NCBI GenBank assembly: GCA_951406725.2
Contig: CATOCA020000001.1
Coordinates: 1,054,001-1,118,000 of the forward strand
Source: Octopus vulgaris
Lineage: Eukaryota
Length of the DNA: 64,000 bases
Reading direction: 5' to 3'
Under the pieces are notes generated by a model. The model was not told where the DNA came from and did not search any database. It saw nothing but the letters and a program-made list of their open reading frames with translations. Position numbers and translations under genes: made by a program. Positions 13,533 through 26,039 of this stretch are shown piece by piece (positions within the stretch are counted from its first letter, which is position 1; every line of letters starts with the position of its first letter).

Positions 13533-16500
13533 ATTTCTTTATTACCCACCAGGGGGCGACATAGAACAAACAACACAATCACGAATGATTTACAACAATA
13601 AATGCGTTTTGGGGTCAATGGTGAATTTAGAGTTCGAATGATGGGACAATTACAAGAACAAATTTTTTTTTTTTTTTTTTTACAAAATGAAGTGGGGCGG
13701 GTCTACGGACCCCTCGCTCCCCGCCACGGCACTTAACCTTCTGTTTTTTCTTTTTTCAACCTATCTCGTATTTGCGAGGGACCTTTTACTCACCACATTT
13801 TTCCACCTTTCGTCAAAAACTTTCTTGCTCAGGCTCCTCCTCTCTAGTTCTATATGTCTTTTCAGGTGGAATTTAAAATATTCCACCAGACCTGAACCAG
13901 AGATGAAGTCGCCTGTTATTAACCCTTTCATCCTTGTCTTCCATACTGCCTGTTTCGCAGTTGCAACCACAGCGAGAAAACAAAACTTACCTTCTTTCGT
14001 TAAGAAATCTGGTGGGCTGATTTTTACAATAGATTCGGCTGATAGCTGTACTCTCCGTTCACCTGACATCAGTTGTTCGGCACAAACCCACATCCCTGCC
14101 ACCTCCGAACACTGCATGATCGCGTGCGAGACGGTTTCCCGTTCTCGCCCACCCTCGCACAGGTCGGGCTGACTTGGCAACCGTGCCTTGCAAGCTTGTC
14201 CCGAACAGGTAAGGCTCCTCGGTAGCACTGCCATGCCAAAGACTTCTGGAAATTATCCAGGGTCTTCGGCCCGAATGTACGTTGGAACAGACTGGCCAGC
14301 TGATTATCGTCGAAACCTAGGGTTTCCCCTAGCGTATCATCGTTACCGGCCTCTACAAACCCTCTATAAAACACAGCGGTAGAACCACTGCCGCAGGCAT
14401 TGCCCGAGCGACGGAATAGTCGGAGTGCCTTGCGACACTCCGTATACCACGTACCCAACTTTGATCTGTGATTATACCAGCCCTCCCGGCCACCGAAACT
14501 GGTGAACCTGGGGAACATCTGTTTCGACAGCGGAGACCACACCCGTTCACTACCCAGATGGAGCCACAGGAGCCTTAGCCTCAGCGCATTTCTGCGCATC
14601 ATTAGCCACGGCATCCCTAGTCCACCCTGTAACGGTTTTTGACAACAGACAGAGCGTCTCACAAGCGGTTTCGAGCCCTTCCACAAGAAGCGAAAGAGCT
14701 GTCTCTCCAACTTGCTCAACCACGAATCCGGGCAAGGCACGACGGCAAGGCGGTAGGTGATCACCGATGCGATAAACACATTGGCTACCTCCGCCCTACC
14801 TTTCAAGGATAGCCACCGCCAAGACCAAGTCTTGGCTATTGCAGCCACCTTGCTCGATACCTCGCTCCAGTTCTTCTCTGGATGCCGCTCAGTTTTCGCA
14901 GCAGCGGCTCGAGAGCCACTACATACAAAAGCGGGGAGAGTGGACATCCCTGGCGGACCGAGCGCTTGACTTTGAACGGCTTAGAAAGAAAGCCGTTCAC
15001 CTGAACAACCGAGTCGACATAGTCATACATTTCGATGATCCACCTGAGGAAGCCAAGACCCAGGCCGAACTGAGCCAGAACAGACACCAGGTAGTGATGG
15101 TCGACCCTATCGAAAGCTTTTGACTGGTCTAAATGGACCACTGCCCCTCCCTTGCCGGGATCATTATTTATTCCCTCTAACGTGTATCTAATAAGATGGA
15201 GATTATCCTGAATGGCTCCGGCTGGTACGGCGCAAATTTGCGCTTTCCCAATCAGTCCATTCGCGACACGCGCCAATCTGTTCGATAACACTTTGGCCAA
15301 AATCTTCAGCTCTGCGTTCAGCAGAGTGATGGGCCTGAAATTATCTATTACGTCCCCCTTGCTCTGGTCCTTCCTGATTAGCGTCACCACTCCCCGGCGC
15401 ACAGATCTGGGAATGAACCCATTCTGCTGCCAGTTTGCGTAGACGCCCGTCAGTAAGTCCCCGAACAAGTCCGGCATACTTTTATAAAGCTCGTAGGGTA
15501 GACCATCCAGTCCCGGCGCCTTACCCGCACCGCAGTCCGCCATAGCCTCCATTACCTCCCCAGGTGTGATCGGCTCCTCACTACACTTCGCGTCCTGCTC
15601 CGAGAGGCGCGGCAGCCCGTCAAGGAGGTCCGTAAGGCCCCTCCCCCTATCCGGTCCGCCGCTCCCCCCAAAAAGCTGGGCGAAGTGGTCCTGAAAAGCT
15701 TAACACATCTCCTCGGGCTCGTCTGTCAACTTACCCTGTTGGTTCGCCAGAGATCGAATTGTAGCATCATTGCCACGTTGGGCTTCCACCACTCGGGCCC
15801 ATCCTGCAGCCTTGATTCCTTCGCTCCCCATTGTGCGTTGTCTATCCCTGACAATGCAACCCATGTGATTGGCTTCAACGTGCTGGTTAAGAACCAGTCT
15901 CTTGACCTTCACCTGGTCTGCATTGCCAGTTCGCATTGCTTCCTCTAAGTCCTTAACTAGTGTATTCGCCTTCCTAGCCTCTCTAGCTACGAGATTTGTA
16001 CTCTACCTAATGGACTCGTATTTTATGGCTCGCTTGAGGGCATACCACCATTTGTTGTTAACAATGGAACCGGTCAAAGCCCTCTGGATCATTAACCTGA
16101 TCTTGTCCCCGTACTCCTTAATCGCCAAAAGGGACGTATTAAGTTTCCAGTAACCAGGACCTCTATTTATCTTATCTACGTCTAGCCTACAGGTGACCAT
16201 CTTGTGGTCACTGTAGCTGACCATGTGGAGTTGCGGACTCTTAACTAGGTTCTTATCTACCTTCCTAATTAATATCCTGTCTATGTATGACCTTAACGAT
16301 CCGTCGCTTGTTGACCACGTCCACAGTGGAGCGTCCGGACGTTCCAGTCTATATGGGTCTACCAGCTCAAAACGTCTTAGTAGACTCAGGAAGCAAGCAT
16401 TTCCTTTTCTATTTCTGTCTGTTTGCGAGCCTTCACAGTCTACCCGCACATCGCAGATTGTGTTGAAGTCACCTAACATTACTACAGGGTACGATGTACT

Positions 16501-17220
16501 CAGAAACTTTTCCAGATTCCGAAAATAATCACTTTTCCCGTTTCCGGCGGGTGCGTAAACCGCAACCAGCCTGATTGTCTTACGACTGCTGAACGTCAAC
16601 TCAACGACGACCAGCCTACCTTCCGGATCTGCAAAAATCAACTTTTTTTCAGAAACCCGGTTCTTTTTAACCAGGACCAACACCCCGCTTCCGCCGCACG
16701 ACGGGTTCGGAGAGATAATACTCTCGTAACCGTTGAACAGCGGGAGCAGATCTCTTGGCCCCTTTAACTGGGTTTCTGTGGCAACAACAACATCTAAATC
16801 CCGTGACCTGATGTCGTTTAGGAGGCGCCCTTGCTTCCAGCTCGTCATCAGGCCACGCACATTTATGCATCCTACACAAATACGAGACATAGCTTACCTT
16901 TTGCCGTGTTTCTTATTTTCCTGTTGCACCTGTGGGGAAGTCCGCCTTAAACAATGTCTCGTCTAAGTCGTGTCGCAGACCAACTATATCCCCTGGGTAT
17001 TGGCTCTTTAGAATGTTTGAGTTCATTACGTCTATTTTGAATACCTCTGTATTTTTTGATAATATCCGGTACGTCTCCATTCTTTCTGCGTTCGGTATTT
17101 TCATTAAGTCACTCATAAGACTGTCGTTTTTTTTGTTAATTGAGATGAAAACATCCTCAATAATTCTTTTTTGGGGGCATGTTGTGGAGGATGGGGAGGC
17201 AAAGGAGGACTGAGGGGAGT
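13533..17220 (-). mobile_element. 5'-truncated L1/Tx1-like LINE: ORF1 C-terminus plus complete but frameshifted ORF2 (APE endonuclease, RT, Cys/His C-terminus)
   Basis: 16003-16890 GCINVRGL, ATET, LGDFN, SYIDRI, YSDH; 14836-15552 KAPGLDGLP, LDQSKAFDRV, VRQGCPLSPLLY; C-terminal ETVSHAIMQC; poly-T at 13663-13681. Confidence 0.95.
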
Positions 17221-17513
17221 AATTAGTCCGTCGGTAACGCTTTCTCGTGATTAGAGAAAAAGAGGTAAAGTGAAGTGTCCATGATATGAGGTTGATGGAA
17301 CGTAACTGTAACGCTTTCACGTGATAGGTGAATGCAAAGAGAGACCAAGAGAAAGAGAAAGGAGAGAGAAAAAGAGGAAGAGGGCATGTGGTAGGGGGAA
17401 CGTAATATTTATTACACGATAAAAAAGTTAGTTGAAGGTAGTGATATTGAGGAGGGTTATGAATATAATTTAGGTAGAGGGGTGATGTTCTGATGGTGAG
17501 ATTAAAGAAAAAA

Positions 17514-17575
<62 letters not shown>

Positions 17576-17580
17576 ATGTG

Positions 17581-17637
<57 letters not shown>

Positions 17638-17830
17638 ATATATATCAGTAGATAAAAAGGGAGGCTAAGAGAGATGGTGTTAGTGGTGGTAGTAAGTATT
17701 TTAAATCTCCTATCACCTAACGCATGATCTGAAATGCAATTCCATGAAATATTCACACTTATATACAGTGTCATATGTACGGCGTATATATATATATATA
17801 TATTACAATTAGATATATATTATAATGAAA
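17220..17830. repeat. Duplicated host segment, paralog of 46194-46885
   Basis: ccgtcggtaacgctttctcgtgattagagaaaaagagg, gtggtagggggaacgtaatatttattac and tattcacactta..cagtgtcatatgtacg shared. Confidence 0.9.
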
Positions 17831-17831
17831 G

Positions 17832-18240
17832 TACCAGGAGTGTAAATGTACAATTGCGAAAGAGTGAACTACACTTCAGAAGAAGGGATTATATAAGGCG
17901 TTACAATTTTTCCACAAGCAATGAAATAGCTGCACCGTGAAAATAGAGACATTCTTGTCTATCCATGGAATTCACTTGCGGAGTGAATCGCGTAGACATT
18001 GTGCCATCTAGTCTCAATGAGTTATCCACTTCTATTCCCTCATGGAAAGTCCGGATGGCACTGTGGGATTCTACATTTGGCGAAACGCAGAACATCCGCT
18101 CGCAGACGACTCACGATGTAATTTAGGGTTGCTGATTGCAGTACCTTGGGGACCATCAGGCCCAGTTGCTTGTAGAGCAGTACAATGGACTTATGGACTA
18201 CCTGCAGAGAGGAGCTGATGAGAATGATGAGCCAGGAGCT
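17832..18240 (+). pseudogene. Helitron RepHel N-terminal-domain fragment
   Basis: IRRYNFSTSNEIAA, NRDILVYP, MSYPLLFPHGKSGWH and LVEQYNGLMDYL are typical RepHel segments; 17833-17943 matches 51741-51852. Confidence 0.8.
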
Positions 18241-18244
18241 CAAA

Positions 18245-18745
18245 ATGAATAACGTATAGTCTACTGACTAATACGTCTTTTGTGCTAGGTCACTGGTAAT
18301 AAGAATTTATTTTTATTACCCTATTTACTATGTTATAAATGTTGCTCGATAAATTTGCTAGTAAATTTTTACCGGCATACCCTCTGTTCGCCGGGTATAG
18401 TTTGCGTCTGCGCACTGGTCTGAAAAGTTAGAGTATACATATCGCTAGATTTGTACGTGCTTCTAGCGATATGTACAGCTTGGTTTCTAAAGGCTTCCTG
18501 CTGACGAGTCTGGCCTTAGCAGATGAATTCTATTCATTTGCTAAAAAGAAGATGAAACTGCAGTACAGGATTAGCTGAGATGGTTAACGTTTTTGATTTT
18601 CATTCCATTTCATGAATTTATCCCCCCCCTGTGTATTTAGTACTTGCTTCTTTATTTGGAAGCCTTTTAATGTACTTATATATGAATAACGTATAGTCTA
18701 ATGACTAATTCGCCTTTTGTGCTAGGTCACTGGTGATAAAGAATA
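18245..18745 (+). mobile_element. Non-coding direct-repeat-bounded module with hammerhead ribozyme (Penelope pLTR/retrozyme-like)
   Basis: ~60 bp direct repeat tgaataacgtatagtcta..ggtcactggt at 18246 and 18682; hammerhead core between them; followed by (TA)n. Confidence 0.7.
18497..18569 (+). ncRNA. Type I minimal hammerhead ribozyme
   Basis: cctg-CTGACGA-gtct-[hairpin insert]-agat-GAAA-ctgcag-TA-cagg: intact core, stem I cctg/cagg, palindromic stem III, GUA cleavage triplet. Confidence 0.75.
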
Positions 18746-18753
18746 TATATATA

Positions 18754-18815
<62 letters not shown>

Positions 18816-21800
18816 ATTAAGAGGAGGGATATAATATCAAAGCACATAGCGAATGGCAAGGCTGGATCCTTCAGATGGTAGGTTTTACGCTAAAAGTCCT
18901 TTAGGTCCCAACCGATGTAACAGTTTATTTTTTGTTGACGTAGATATACAGTCTAATAATGATAATAATGGGATTGAGTTTGTATATTCAAATTCTTAAT
19001 TCTCTCTGTCTCTCTGTCTCTCTCACTCTTTCTTTATTTCATTCTTTCTTTCTTTCCTTCTTTCTCTCTTTCGCTTCTCTCTCTCTCTCTACATATATAT
19101 ACTTATAAATTGAAGATATACTCGTTAAAATGTTATTTGTTATAAACATTTATATATGTATATGTTAGGGTGTGTATGTGTGTATATGTACATTTATATA
19201 TATTCAAATAAATGCTCTCTCTCTGATCCACAGATCCGATTCACAGATCCTTGGTGATCCTACTAATGGGCAGAAAAGACACACGAAACGTAGAAAAAAA
19301 ACCTCTATGAATAAATTATGTAAATGTCCCGCCCTCTGATTTTTAATTGTTCCTCAAGCTGAAGAAGTTGAAGGAGACTGTAACAAGGGTCCTGGAGACA
19401 CTTCCTTTCAGATGAGATTTCAGCTTAGCTCTGTAGATTATTTTTCGAAAGCTGCGCCGTAAGAGGTTCCACAGTTTAATGTGCCCCTTGGTTATCCAAA
19501 CGATAATCGATACGAGATTATTTAGTATAACTGATTTTAGTATAAGTCATTTACGCAATTCGGTAGCTTAATAACACCTACGTCTGATAGGTCCGAAGAC
19601 GTCAGTAGTAATACTGTTTGGAAACATGGTGGTTATGTCCACTGACATGACACATATTCCTCTGTCAAGCACCATGTCTATCTTACCGTTGGTGAATGAA
19701 TGAGGTTCAAACGAAGACTACGCAGTCATATTGTTTCCTATGTCTTCATCTCTATGCGTAAATTGAATGAAGTATGGGTGCTATGCCTTGCCAAAGTGCA
19801 ATCCATGTTCGGTCCAGTGCAATGTTTTATCCATATTCACCATACCCAAACCCTAACCCTATATTTGGAGGTTGTTCGCCACTTTACCGCGTACAGTATA
19901 CTCTCTCAAAGCACACACATTCATAGCTGGACATAATTCGCTATGGAATACGAGTTCATAACATGCACCTTAATTTTACTAAGTGTTTTAGCTATCGAAG
20001 TAGTCGCGAGTTGACATTGACATCCTTTCGTATTGCCCACCCTTGTATCTAACTATCACAACTAACTCTCGGTTGATATTTTATTTAAAGTTCAGTAGAC
20101 TGATGCATCGTGAAATGAAATGACTTGATCTAAGTAATAACGTCACTCATTTCAGGAATTGATCCCGGGATATTATGATCATCAGCTGAACTTCCAAAAC
20201 AAGTATGCCATATAACTTCATACATGCTCCACCACACAATCTTCTTGAGATACTCCGAGCAGAAATTGAAATCAAGTCCTCATATGCAACAACAAGCTAT
20301 AGAAGAGTACCTCTCTATTAAATAATTTTGCTGAATTCAAATGTGGAACCCATTGTTTAGGATTACGTCTAGATTTCAAGATACCCAAACCCTCAATTTT
20401 CACTATTTTCCTCATATTTCAGGGAAATATATTGTGAAAGGTAGTACGAATGTCTATTATGGCTTATCGATTATTTTATTAAAGGTCTGGTGTAAACACC
20501 GGGTTATGAAATAATGGCCGAAGCGAGCATTAGTCCCAGGGTATTTTAATGTGAATAAACAGGCTTTAGTTCAGCCGGAGAAAATCATCCAACATCCACT
20601 TCTTATCAAGGCAGATTGCAATTAAATACGATGCTGGGCTATTGAGGTTCAGCACTAAAGAAAACCATTCAAACACAAATTCATGAAAAAATAGACATGA
20701 ACAATAATGTCTGTAGAAATTTAGAGATATTTGCTAGCTTTTCAGTAGAATTTCAAAATATCCTAGTTTTGAAGACAATGCAATTTCTATGTATATTAGT
20801 ACGTTCTTCATAAGCTGGTTTATTCGAAAACAAATCAAAGACATTCTGTGGATTCATTATTTTAAAATTCTGATGTGATCATATTAAATTGATGTCCGTT
20901 TCGGATTCTGTTCGTCTCCAGTTATTTCGTTCGCCTGACGATATTTCCAAAGTATTGTCTTGAATAAAGTTCAAATTGTTTATACACCAAGAACGGGGAT
21001 TTATATTTTCCTACCGTTGAATTCTGACAGGTTTCATATTTTCTTTCGAATAGGAGTAAAGCAGGCTTGAAACCGATTCACAGGATGACCAAGTCTAGAG
21101 GGAAGGAGAAAAGATGGTATTCTTCAACTGAAGAATGTTTAAGAGAATATGGACTTCACTAACGGCACTCAAAGAAAAAGATGGTGGTTTTGAACAGAGA
21201 TGTGCTTTAAGACTACCACTGAAATAGACCAGTAGAGACAGAGAAAGGATACAGCATAGCCGTGGACATGGTGTTGAAACACGGCCATTTGTAATGGGCT
21301 GAAGATTAGGCAAGTGTCCCTCACAATGTTACTTGAAAACGTAACCTTCGCTGGGCATTATTAGCAGTGAAGATCTTTCTTGGCGAAAGTAGATCCTTTG
21401 CATAGATAGTACGGTATTTTAAAGTCCAATCCTTCTCTTTGCAGCCAAAACTTCAGACCATTTACAATGCTCAAGTGAAGCACACAATGAAGAAATCTTT
21501 CTACATCTGGAACGGTGATACACATCCGGGATTGCATCGAAAGAAGGGTGATGTGGCTAAATTTTACTCTATCCGCAATAGACATACTCTAACAGCTATC
21601 TCGCAGGCAGGATATCTCTTCTCTTTGTTTTGCCACTGTCACTGTCATGCTACAGATTCTTGTAGGAGTTTGCTGAGCTCTTGACCCCACCAAGCAGGTA
21701 CTACCGACTCACTCGTCTATTCCTTTGCTCCTCGATCTTAAACATCAGTTCGTTTTCAGTATGAACCTCTGTGCTAAACACTTCAACCCCTTCATCATTC

Positions 21801-22479
21801 CAGTAAATGTTGGCCTGTAGCAGCTTAAACGGAACGTTCATGGTATCTATCTCAGATTTCATTCAATTCACGCTTAAATTATGAAAGATGAAAATACCTA
21901 ACTTATTAAACAGAACATTGACTTTGCCATTCCACATCTTCAGATTTACGAGGTTTAAAGAATAACATTAACAAAACATTGCTATTTGCTTTACATTAGG
22001 ATTTCTCAAATGGTCAAAAGGTTGTTGACAAATGGGACTGATCGAATGAATCGATCCACTTTAGTATTTGAATTTTTGATTAAAACTTGAAGTGATGCAA
22101 GCCATTTAATTGGAAATAATCGCCTAGAACATAAATTAGTTCTTATGATTTTCATGAGCATCTAATAATAATTCGGCTTATTCCTCCGTCAGTAGGAATC
22201 AGCAGAATTCTTATTAGATAATAATAGCGCATCTGTAACACTTTTACAAGATGAATTGAAGGGATATGCGAAGAGCGAGAGAAAAGAGGGAGTAGAGGGA
22301 AAAAGCGGGTAAGGTGAAGAGCGTGCCTGGGTCCTTGTATATTATCATATATTGAGGGATGTGTGTTGAGAGAGAAGAGTTGAGAAAATTTATGACGTAT
22401 AAACGATAAGGAAAACAGGTTGGGAATTAAAAAATGAAACAATAAAAATGGTTAGGAAATGTAAAGGTAGATAAAAAGT

Positions 22480-22817
22480 TGTTTACTGCATCGATATATG
22501 GAGCAGGATATCAGTTGAGGTGCAAGGCAATTAGTTAGGGGATGACACAGGGGTGGGTGGGGTATTGTTGCTATTTGTACTTAGAATATGAATTGCATAA
22601 TTTGTGTCAAGAAGTAAATATTATTCTATCCCGTTCATTTCAAATATTTCCTTACTGCGGACAGTGAGGAAACCCGTTTGGATACGATATCTACGATAGA
22701 GTTTAGGAGAACTGGCGTTGTGGTTGGGGGAAAAGTTGGCGTAGTTGAGGTTCTCCTTAAGTTTATGGCATGGGTAGAAAATTTGGCTTTGTAGATCTAG
22801 GGTGACATCTAGGAAAT
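22480..22817 (-). mobile_element. Penelope-like RT fragment
   Basis: 22650-22817 is homologous to 8370-8540 (FLDVTLDL region). Confidence 0.7.
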
Positions 22818-23115
22818 TACGGCAATAGATTGGAGTTCAAGTGCCCACAACTATTTAATGCCTTGCCAACACATCTGAGGTATCTCCATGTAATGGATGT
22901 AGATGTTTCAAGATACAACATGATCTCTTGCAATCCAAGATACCAAATGAACCAATATCGGGGCAGGAAACTCAAACGAGGGCATCGAAAGCGAATTCCG
23001 TCCTTCAGCAAAGGCCAATCCCATAAAATTGGCCAGTCGAAAGGTGCTTACACTGGTGGGACCCCATCATCGACACAGCCTCAGGGTTAAAACATATAAA
23101 AGAATAAAAGAACAT
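22818..23115 (+). mobile_element. CR1/L2-like LINE 3' end
   Basis: FKCPQLFNALPTHLRYLH..DVFK..KIPNEP C-terminal pattern, then ggtgggaccccatcat..aaacatataaaagaataaaag tail. Confidence 0.65.
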
Positions 23116-23199
23116 AAATATATATGTATATCAATTTAATATATATGTATATCAATTTAATAAATAAAATATATGCATACGTATATATATATATATATA

Positions 23200-23949
23200 T
23201 GAGTACAGGTACCACAAATAAGCGTAGAACACAACGAGAAACGAAAACATAAAATCAAACAAGGAAACGGACTTTCTTTAACAACGAAAAAACAGGGTTC
23301 AAGACAAACAATACAAGAAAAATTCCCCTTCATCAGTTGCCGCTGTTTCAACTCAATGCGTGTTTCGAATGTAAGGGCAGAACACGATCCGGCCGAAACA
23401 GTCATTCCTGCAAAATGAATTAAATAAAATTCTTTTGCAGAGGGGTAAAACAATTGACAAGAACAGGACGTAAAAGCAATACAAATGAAGAAAAAACGGT
23501 ACAAATAAAGAATAACAGGACAAGGAAACCAACTATAAGGGCTTTTTTAAGCCTAGACGGTGGAAAAATTCGTTAGAACGCATTCTGAAGATCGGCTTGC
23601 GGAAGACAGAAGAATTCGATGTTGACTTGTTGAAAGCATCGGGCAGAAAGAAAGTTAGTAGTCGCCCGTTCAGAGACGAGAGAGAAGAGGAGGAGTGAGA
23701 GATAGAGAGGAGGAGGAGTGAGAGATAGAGAGAGAAAGAGGAGAAGAAACCAGAAAGGGTGAAAAATAAGGAGAGAGACAGGTAGAGAGGGAGACAGAAA
23801 GGCGGGGAGGAAAGTTCAGGTAAAGAGTTAAGAGTGCGCGTCATAATTATAGAAATAAAAACTTACTTGCAGAAGAAAAAGAAAACAACGCGTTGCGTTC
23901 AATCATATAATAACATTTTGATAAATAAAACATATGCATACATACATAC

Positions 23950-23995
<46 letters not shown>

Positions 23996-24000
23996 ATGTA

Positions 24001-24069
<69 letters not shown>

Positions 24070-24660
24070 CTGGAAGCTTTATGAAAATAAACAAAAGACG
24101 AAGGCAGGTGGAGTACAAACAAACAATTGTATTAGAATGCCGCTCAGGAATAGAAATAAAACAAGTCTTTTACGTTTCGAGCCTACGCTCTTCAACAGAA
24201 AGATACACAGAAAAGAAACACGGAGAGAAACAAGGAGAGAAAAAAATGCGTGCAGGAGTTAACGATTCAACATGGCGGTCTGATTTCAGCCAGAAATCAG
24301 AGATCAGACGTTAGACGCTAGAGGGACAGTAGGGGAGATAACAGGGCAAGTGACCTCGCCCCAACATAATGGTGTGTGTGTGTATAAGAGAGTATGTATG
24401 TGCGTATGAAAGATCTGGACGTGTGTATGTATGATGTGATGTGTAATGTCGTATGGTGTGGGGAAAGCCCATGTGGGGTGTGGGTTCGGATGGGGTTGGG
24501 GTAGAGGGGGTTGGGGTAGAGGGGGTTGGGGTGGAGGGGTTTGGGGTAGAGTGGGGTTTTGGGGAGAGTGAAAGGGGAGAGAAGAGAGAGGAGGGGAGGA
24601 GGGAAGAGAGATGAGGGGGAGGGGAGAGAGGAGATGAGGGGGAGAAGGGAGGAGGAGGGA
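23200..24660 (-). repeat. Two non-coding repeat fragments, probably Penelope-associated, separated by (TA)n
   Basis: Purine-rich low-complexity tracts; hammerhead-like motif at 24167-24202, same motif family at ~63865-63900. Confidence 0.45.
24167..24202 (-). ncRNA. Minimal hammerhead-like motif (variant core)
   Basis: ctttctg-TTGAAGA-gcgtaggctc-GAAA-cg-TA-aaag; first core base deviates (T for C). Confidence 0.5.
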
Positions 24661-24776
24661 GGATAGATGAGGGGGAAGTGGGAGAAGGAAGGAGAGGAGA
24701 AGACGAGGGGGATATATATATGTATATATATATGTATATATATATATGTATATATATATATGTATATATATATATG

Positions 24777-24851
<75 letters not shown>

Positions 24852-24880
24852 TAGAAATATAAAAATTATTAAGTCTCACA

Positions 24881-25437
24881 AAAGGAGATTACGGCAGCGT
24901 TACTGGATATTGATAGTTATCGCCATACTAATATGGCAGTCTAAATATAAGACTAAAACTGTCGCTGATTAGCTCCAAGAGGCCACCGCCTCTAGCTATC
25001 TATATGACACACGAACCTGCGTCTATTACAACCTTCGAACAATGGCCTTTTGGAGCTGATTAGCGACAGCTTTAGTCTTATATTTAGACTGCCATATTAG
25101 TATGGCGATAACTATCAATATCCAGTAACGCTGCCGTAATCTCCTTTGGAGAGACAAGGGGATGTATTCCACTGTAACTAGGAAAATAAAATCTTCGAAC
25201 AGACTGTCAGTAGCGACACCTGCTGGTTCTGACTACGCTGCATTGATAAATGGCAACACGCTGTAACATGTCTGCAGATGTCTGACTAGCAAGGTGAAGC
25301 GGCTGACCTCCCCTGTTCGAAGGTTGTAATGGACCCAGGTTCGTGTGTCATATAGCTAGCTAGAGGTGGTGGCCTCTTGGAACTAATCAAGGGCAGCTTT
25401 AGTCTTATATTTAGACTGCCATATTAGTATGGCGATA

Positions 25438-25442
<5 letters not shown>
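24881..25442. repeat. Fold-back module: one forward arm and two inverted copies, between (TA)n tracts
   Basis: 24881-24985 is inverted at 25042-25147; 24915-25040 is inverted again at 25313-25442. Confidence 0.9.
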
Positions 25443-25502
<60 letters not shown>

Positions 25503-25632
25503 ATCACCAACAATTTAGATTCAAATAAATATGGTACTTAATTTAGATGCACCAGAATTTTGCATGGTGTTACCCATAAAAATTCGTGGGGTGATTATAA
25601 TCAAAATAAGCAACAAGAATGACTCCGCTGAT

Positions 25633-25718
25633 TTGGTACAATTGTTTCGTACTACAACATTTTATTAAAAGCTGTAAGTATTACAGCAGATTTAAGATAC
25701 TGAGTACGCTTCAGCCAA
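25633..25718 (-). ncRNA. Type I minimal hammerhead ribozyme-like motif
   Basis: ttgg-CTGAAGc-gtact-[~50 nt]-agtac-GAAA-caattg-TA-ccaa; one core substitution. Confidence 0.65.
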
Positions 25719-25967
25719 TTTATATAGGTTTTCCAATAATATAAAAGCTTTCAAATCAAGTAGTAACATTTTAGAGAAGGTAAATATACAGATAAAGATG
25801 TGGATATAAATTTTAGGAACATATGAGGTTGTGAAGTTCAGCTGCTAACTGACCAAAACTCTGCTTGTATCTGACTGCTATAAGAATTTTTTAGTTTTAG
25901 GAATGAGGGTAAGGGAAGGTTTCAGAATACCATAAAGGAAATTCAGGCTGTCACTAAACAAAAAGCC

Positions 25968-26039
<72 letters not shown>

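Noticed and set aside
19688-19800. Minus-strand splice donor (gtaag) suggesting an exon
   Set aside because: All three frames upstream contain stops and no partner exon is evident
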